This document shows, in pieces, positions 60,494 through 64,000 of a stretch of 64,000 nucleotides of DNA (the first letter of the stretch is position 1; each line of letters starts with the position of its first letter). The notes below the pieces were generated by a model. The model had not been told where the DNA came from. It searched no databases and worked only from the letters and a program-made list of their open reading frames with translations. A program made the translations under genes and the position numbers. Origin of the DNA: Tubulanus polymorphus (taxonomy: Eukaryota; Animalia; Nemertea); contig NC_134035.1 in NCBI RefSeq assembly GCF_964204645.1, positions 5,022,001-5,086,000 of the forward strand, written 5' to 3'.

Positions 60494-62212
60494 TAATTTT
60501 ACTTGTTCGTTTTCCAGATCTGCATCATAAACCTGAATTGTTTAATCTATTCTATAGATTGTTTTGATAGTCTATTGGTAATATTGAATGGTATTATTTT
60601 GTTATAACACTAATGATGGTCTAGTCTGCTCTGCTACTAACAAAATGTCTTCCAGTAGAATGAAGAAAATGGATAATAAACATAGTGTAGATGATTCTCC
60701 TCTTTTACTTTTTTCTGCCTCTCCCAAGAAACCCATTGAGTAAAGTGAGGATTGCTATGGTTTAATGATGAAGGCATCTTGAGACTCGGCCATAACCAGG
60801 AATTCTTAAGGGCAGTTCTTTTGTCCAGAAGTTTTTCCAAGGGATATTCTAGACAAAATGACCCATAAAGAACCCTAGTTCTCCCACGACATGAACCTGG
60901 GTCTCCCAAGATTCAAGTCCCATGCGCTAACAACTGCATCACTTACTTGTATAATCAGACAAAGTTTGGAAGTTTTTGTTGAATGAGACCAGTGGCTGCT
61001 GTGGTAGTGACCAGTCGGGTGTGGTTACCTGTCACGCTTGTGATTGGCTGAGATAGCAGTTCATGGTCAAGACCTCTGTGGCTATGGGTTTATAGATTTA
61101 GGCAGTCTAGATCTTCATGTAGCTATGGCAGTGATAGAACAAACTTGTGGTTTATTGATGAAGGCAGTCTGGATCTCTAGAGGGCTTTGGCAAAGATTAG
61201 AAGAAACTTTCTAGATGGTCATGGTTTATTTAGTGAAGGTAGTTGAAGATTGGAATGCTCTATGTGGCTGTGGCAAAAAAACACTGATTCTCTAGAACAG
61301 ACTCATTGTTTATAGGTGAAGGCAACTGAAGATGAGATTGCTTAATGACTGTAGTAAGAGGGCAGTCACTAGAACAGAATTGTATTGGATCGTATCACAT
61401 GCAATTCAAAGAAGGCTTATTGAAACCTATAGCTCAGTTGTCTCAGTATGCGTTTTACTTTAAGGGAAAACGGTGTAAACCTTTGTAGTTCACATGGACT
61501 TGGTAACTCTAACTCATATTGTTTAATCACCCTATGTTTGTTGAGACACTACTTGAACTGGTTTATGCCTGTTGCAGATTGTCTATTGACGATGGTTGTG
61601 GTTTATCGAAGGCTGGATCATAGGATGGTACAAACAGGGTAAGACATCATTTCTTCTGAATCGCATGATGGTTCATACCTGGATGGATACGCTTTCCACA
61701 AACAAAAAATACCACATGAACTGAATTCATTAATGTCGCTTTTTACAAAGCATTTATTAATTCAAAACATTCCATTACGTTCGATAAGATACATTCATTC
61801 AATTTATATACATTCAATTCAGACAATAAATACATTTTGTATATATTTCACTTACACATTTTGATCCTTTGTGAGCACTGACACATTAGAGTATAAATAA
61901 CATTCCTACAAGGTTTTACAACAAGCACAGAACGAATTTGAGTCCATATTCATTTTATTCCCTAAAATCATCATTATTATATTTCCAAAATACCCCAAGG
62001 TCGGTTTAAGTACGATATGTAAACTTCAAGTTAATAAACCCTTCTGGACTGCACTGTTTCATTCCCGAAATTCCCTGCTGAATGAACTGTGATTTTACTA
62101 TCAACTACTTATAGGTTTGTATTATCTATAAAACATGCATTTCAAACATTACAATCAAGATGCAGCCCGTTAAATATCCATCACTGATGACAACCGCTTA
62201 TTTACAATTTCT

Positions 62213-64000
62213 TCATTTATTTGTGATCAAGCATTCGTTTTCGCTGTCAACTTCTCGATTTCCGTTGCGACGGTTGTTTATCGACGCTGTGTTTCCGTTC
62301 GCGCTTATAACGCCGACTGCGCCATCGTTGGCAGGTGGCACCACCTGTGTCGGCATGTTTCCGGATGCTGTCGTGTCTTCGTCGCTCGTCGACCCCTTCA
62401 CATCTGATTTCTACGAATATTTGAAGCAGACACGAAAATATATCAAATATTTCTCACAGAGGATATCACAAAATCGTTTTAACACTGTCGCTTAACACCT
62501 CTACTACTGCTGCGATAATAAGGTGCTGCCCCTAATTACCACTACAAATATACTCGTAGGTTGGCACTGAAGCTAGCTGCTATATTGTCAGCCTTTATTT
62601 GAAATTGACCAACGAGCATTGAGAATGAAGCTGAGTTCGTTCACATTGCCAGACAAACAGGATCTGTGTCCCAGCGCAAATATCAAACAGTGAATAAGAA
62701 GAATCAGCTACGAATTTATTTGTAGCCGGCACAGGGCCCAGTTTCACGAAAAAGTCTAAGCCTAAAACGGTTAAGTTTGAATTGTTATCCTCATCGAAAA
62801 CATGAAGAAAACCAATAGCAATTACACCAAAAATTAGAGTTTAACTTTTTTGTGAAACTGAGCCCTGGTGACAGAACCGGGAGTACGAGTATAATCGTAG
62901 TGGCACCGATGACAGACCCGAAAGTACAATTACAGTCATCAAAGTACGGCTTCACAACAATATCTTTCACTAACTTATGATTTTGAGACAATTTCACTCG
63001 TAGCGTAAAAGGAGATGTCTTGTATACATACCTTATCCCCGGACCACAATAGAGGCAATTCCCGTCTTAAAGCACCGATAGCCAGAGTCGTCAGGAGGGT
63101 GCATGGTACGAGATAGAGTAACGCGGGCTGTCCCGTTTCCATCATTGCTAGGGCGATAAATGTTATCAACAATCCGATTCCATACCCTGTAATTATCAAA
63201 ATTCTTCAGCGTCACATCTGATCTTAGTAATGAAATCTAATCGAATATTTCTATGATTTCGCTCACGTACCTAACGAACAGCCTATGAAGTATATCTTTT
63301 TACTCTGAACTCGAAGGTCTATACCGTGACAATACGCGACCAGTAAACCTTGAAGAGAAAATACGTTTTAATCACAACCAAAGAGTATGTAGATCGAAGG
63401 ATTGGCCAGGGCAGCCACTTTCATTTGGATTGCTTTTTCCCTGACTATTCCCTGACATGCACATTGTTTTCACTGACTTGATCTGCTAAGAATCCAATCA
63501 ATTATCAAAGTCAAATATAGAAGACATATAGACAGAAACTGTTTTATTTTACCCGCGTTCTAGCAACTTCAAAACAAATTTCCTCGACTTTTCCCTCATT
63601 TTTAGCTCTTATCACAAAATTCCCTGACTTCGTTTAAAGAAAAGAAAATTCCCAGACTTTTCCCCGATTTCCAGGTATGCGGCCACCCGGTTTGTCCTTC
63701 ATAAAATATTTTGTGGACATTCCACACACAACTTGACGCATGCTGCCTTACCGGGGACAATTATATCTCCAAATCCTAGCAACGAATAAGGCAAACTGCA
63801 TATCGACAATGATGATACCGCCAATCGAGGCACTTTCAATACCAGCGGTAGCTGTTAATGAAAAATAGATCGCATTAAAAACACTGGGTCTTCCGAAAAA
63901 TTACCGAATAGCGCAACTAACGACACGCTCTGCAGTGTTTTACCTCTTCTCCAGAATGGCTGCTTCCACCGGTTACTACATCAACCATTACGCTATCATG
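62213..64000 (-). CDS. SPPL2B: Signal peptide peptidase-like 2 (SPPL2A/B-type GxGD aspartyl protease), 3' part; gene continues beyond the window
   Basis: Exons (minus): >64000-63944, 63851-63752 (LPLVLKVPRL..SLLGFGDIIVPG), 63348-63271 (LLVAYCHGID), 63186-63032 (GQPALLYLVPCTL), 62410-62213 (stop). GxGD and QPALLY motifs are present. The A/B paralogue cannot be resolved. Confidence 0.9.

Overview
Intron-rich, AT-rich invertebrate animal DNA (exons CpG-rich, introns full of short non-autonomous transposons). Five protein-coding genes can be spliced by hand with consistent phases. ZDHHC17/HIP14 palmitoyltransferase (-, 2407-9674) contains a U12-type intron. PHRF1 (-, 11692-25149) has RING, PHD and a C-terminal SRI-like domain. 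A divergent Death-domain + SEFIR/TIR-like adaptor lies at + 28421-33094. A MAP3K19/YSK4-type kinase with N-terminal ankyrin repeats lies at + 47853-59203. The 3' end of an SPPL2 intramembrane protease lies at - 62213->64000. The 33-47 kb interval appears to hold a heavily decayed Cys-loop ligand-gated ion channel pseudogene (+), interrupted by an RTEX-like LINE fragment and MITEs. The most unusual non-coding signal is a set of four short inverted-repeat elements whose arms carry minimal hammerhead-ribozyme cores of the Penelope-retroelement type. The youngest (28012-28275) is an almost perfect palindrome with a 13-bp target-site duplication. All calls come from manual reading; no searches were run.
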